From Elusimicrobia bacterium RIFOXYA12_FULL_57_11 (GTDB taxonomy: Bacteria; Elusimicrobiota; Elusimicrobia; Elusimicrobiales; UBA9959), in contig MGVB01000055.1 in the NCBI GenBank assembly GCA_001800275.1, forward strand, positions 1-47,640: a DNA stretch of 47,640 nucleotides. The letters run 5' to 3'. Numbering within the stretch: the stretch's first letter is position 1; each line of letters opens with the position of its first letter. Shown piece after piece: positions 45,892 through 47,640 of this stretch. The notes under the pieces were generated by a model that saw nothing but the letters and a program-made list of their open reading frames with translations, was not told where the DNA came from and made no database searches. Made by a program: the position numbers and the translations under genes.

Positions 45892-45968
45892 TATGCTACA
45901 AAGGGTAAGCGGCTTTTTAAGGGGTTGTGCGGGTTTGCTGCGGCATGTGCGCGGACGGGCAAAAACTG

Positions 45969-47078
45969 ATGCTGGCAAAATTTACAAAAATGTTGTTTCC
46001 GCCGAAAGAGATCATCGGCATCGATATCGGCAACTTTGCCGTGAAACTGGTCTGCTTCGTGGAAGATAAGAAGGGCATAACGCTGAAGGACTGGGGCACG
46101 ATTCCCCTGGTTATTAAAAATGACGTCCCGCCGGAAGAGAAAAAAGCCATAATCTCCGGGGAAATAAAAAATTACCTCAAGAAAAAAGGCATAGAGGCGC
46201 GCCGTGCGGCGGCGTCTGTCTCCGGCAATTCGGTCATAGTGCGCTACGTTAAGCTGCCCAAGCTTTCCCGCAAAGAGCTTTCCCTCACCATCAATGTGGA
46301 GGCCGAGCCGTTTATCCCGTTCGATATTAACGACGTGAGCCTGACTTACAGCATCCTCAACGATGTGACCGAAGAGGGTGAGGCAAAGATGGAGACCGTG
46401 CTGGTCGCCGCCAAGAAGGAGTCCGTGCGGGACAAGATCGACGTTCTGGAGGAGGCCGGTCTCGACCCGGTTATCGTGGACGTGGATTCTTTCGCCCTGG
46501 AAGCCCTTTACGCGAGGCTGGTGCCGGCAGCGGACAATAGCTCCGTTCTGTTCTTGAATATCGGCCAGAAGGTGACGAATCTTTCCATAGTTACCCAGGG
46601 TGTGACGCGGGTGGTGCGTGATATTTTTATTGCCGGCGCCACTTTCGACAAGGCGATAGCCAAGGCCCTTAAGACCGATGCCGGTACCGCGGCTGCCGCA
46701 AAAAAAACACATTCCCTGCTGGTCTCCGACGAAGACAAGGAAGCGGCGATTGAAGGCTTCAGCAAGGAAGGGATACTGGTCTCCAGGGCCGCGGCCGGGG
46801 TGCTCAGGGACCTTTATACGGAGGTTTCCCGCTCCATAGATTTCTACCTGTCGCAGGGGGTGGACCACTCCATCGCAAAGATAATGGTTTCCGGCGGCAT
46901 GGCGAACCTCGGCAATATAGCCGCGTTCCTCAGTGGCGAGTTCAAAGTGCCGGTTGAAATCACCAATCCCATGGCGTTTTTGTCCGAGCAGCCGAAGAAT
47001 ATCCCGAAGGACGTGCTGCCCTCTCTTGCGGTGGCTACGGGCCTGGCGCTGCGTAAATTTGAGGACTGGGAAGCATGA
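45969..47078 (+). CDS. pilM: Type IV pilus assembly protein PilM
   Basis: Actin-like ATPase N-terminus IIGIDIGNFAVKLV, VVDVDSFAL and ISGGMANLGN. The start at 45969 gives a typical N-terminal length. GTG 45927 and ATG 45990 are alternatives. Confidence 0.85.
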   Translation: MLAKFTKMLFPPKEIIGIDIGNFAVKLVCFVEDKKGITLKDWGTIPLVIKNDVPPEEKKAIISGEIKNYLKKKGIEARRAAASVSGNSVIVRYVKLPKLSRKELSLTINVEAEPFIPFDINDVSLTYSILNDVTEEGEAKMETVLVAAKKESVRDKIDVLEEAGLDPVIVDVDSFALEALYARLVPAADNSSVLFLNIGQKVTNLSIVTQGVTRVVRDIFIAGATFDKAIAKALKTDAGTAAAAKKTHSLLVSDEDKEAAIEGFSKEGILVSRAAAGVLRDLYTEVSRSIDFYLSQGVDHSIAKIMVSGGMANLGNIAAFLSGEFKVPVEITNPMAFLSEQPKNIPKDVLPSLAVATGLALRKFEDWEA

Positions 47079-47626
47079 TCCGGATAAATCTCATCCCCCC
47101 CGAATACATAGAGCGCATTAACCGCAAAACGGTGATCGCCAAAGCCGTGCTGGCCGGGGTGCTGATAGCGGGGGTGATATCGCTTTCCTCCGTGTGGCAG
47201 TTCACCCGCGAAAAGACCATCGGGTTTATCCTCGCGAAACGCGAGGCCGAACTGGCCGTCCTTCAGAAAGACGTGGACCAGGTCAAGGCGATAGAGGCGC
47301 AGATCGCCGAGGTCCAGCGCTACCTCAACGCCATTGCCAGCGTGAATAAGGGGCGCCTCCTGTATTCCCATTTCATGCAGGACCTCATAGGCGACCTGCC
47401 CCCGACCATCTGGTTCTCCAATATCGCCACTTCCCTGCGGGGCGACTCGCTGGCGGTTAATATCTCTTTAAGTTCCCGCTCCGCTTACGACCTGGCCTAC
47501 TGGATAAACTACTTGGAGACTTCGGGTATATATTCCGGCGTGCAGGTTGGCGCTATCTCCATTACCGAGAATGAGGATGGGAAAACTTTGTCCGCGCCCG
47601 TCAGTTTCAACTATAGCAGCAAGTAA
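47075..47626 (+). CDS. pilN: Type IV pilus assembly protein PilN
   Basis: ATGA overlap with pilM. MIRINLIPPE followed by a TM helix and coiled coil. Confidence 0.85.
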   Translation: MIRINLIPPEYIERINRKTVIAKAVLAGVLIAGVISLSSVWQFTREKTIGFILAKREAELAVLQKDVDQVKAIEAQIAEVQRYLNAIASVNKGRLLYSHFMQDLIGDLPPTIWFSNIATSLRGDSLAVNISLSSRSAYDLAYWINYLETSGIYSGVQVGAISITENEDGKTLSAPVSFNYSSK

Positions 47627-47629
47627 GCT

Positions 47630-47640
47630 ATGAAAAAGAT
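47630..47640 (+). CDS. Start of next ORF (position suggests pilO), truncated by window end
   Basis: ATGAAAAAG begins 3 nt after the pilN stop. Only 3 codons are visible, so the call rests on synteny. Confidence 0.2.

Noticed and set aside
45891-46868. 325-aa ORF antisense to pilM
   Set aside because: No motifs, and the opposite strand encodes a clear PilM that is translationally coupled to PilN.

Overview
GC-rich, densely coding bacterial chromosomal segment from an unidentified diderm; phylum cannot be assigned from sequence alone. I found no rRNA, CRISPR array, transposase or integrase. Most of it is housekeeping. It holds the mutL 3' end, pyrD-pyrF, a minus-strand epimerase-kdsC-ccdA operon, parS-parA-parB and asd. 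Further along come a tRNA-Cys(GCA) between two divergent aminotransferases, pckA, an F-type ATP synthase operon (atpZ-I-B-E-F-H-A-[hldD]-G-D-C), a ubiE/menG-like methyltransferase and pilM-pilN. KdsC, HldD, an outer-membrane beta-barrel and type IV pilus genes all argue for a Gram-negative envelope with LPS. Between these lie less ordinary loci:
- an Asp-box propeller/IPT/FlgD-Ig-CTD exported protein translationally coupled to a PorV/UPF0164-like barrel;
- a visibly AT-richer single gene with GYPECC and HLPCSMECEAS motifs;
- a clostripain-like (C11) peptidase operon with two unknown exported partners;
- an exported GH104 muramidase plus an orphan gene;
- a radical SAM/DUF4130 'DNA modification/repair' pair;
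- a radical SAM enzyme whose twitch/SPASM-like Cys motif lies N-terminal to the core;
- a stand-alone SWIB domain gene;
- a three-receiver GGDEF protein with a degenerate first receiver and a GGDDF motif;
- an hldD-like epimerase wedged between atpA and atpG;
- a small HTH gene whose promoter is bracketed by two GTTAAC-based operators.
No single locus is an unmistakable new system. Family assignments are motif recognition from memory, not searches. Many long ORFs in the six-frame track are antisense or out-of-frame shadows of real genes, as expected in GC-rich DNA.
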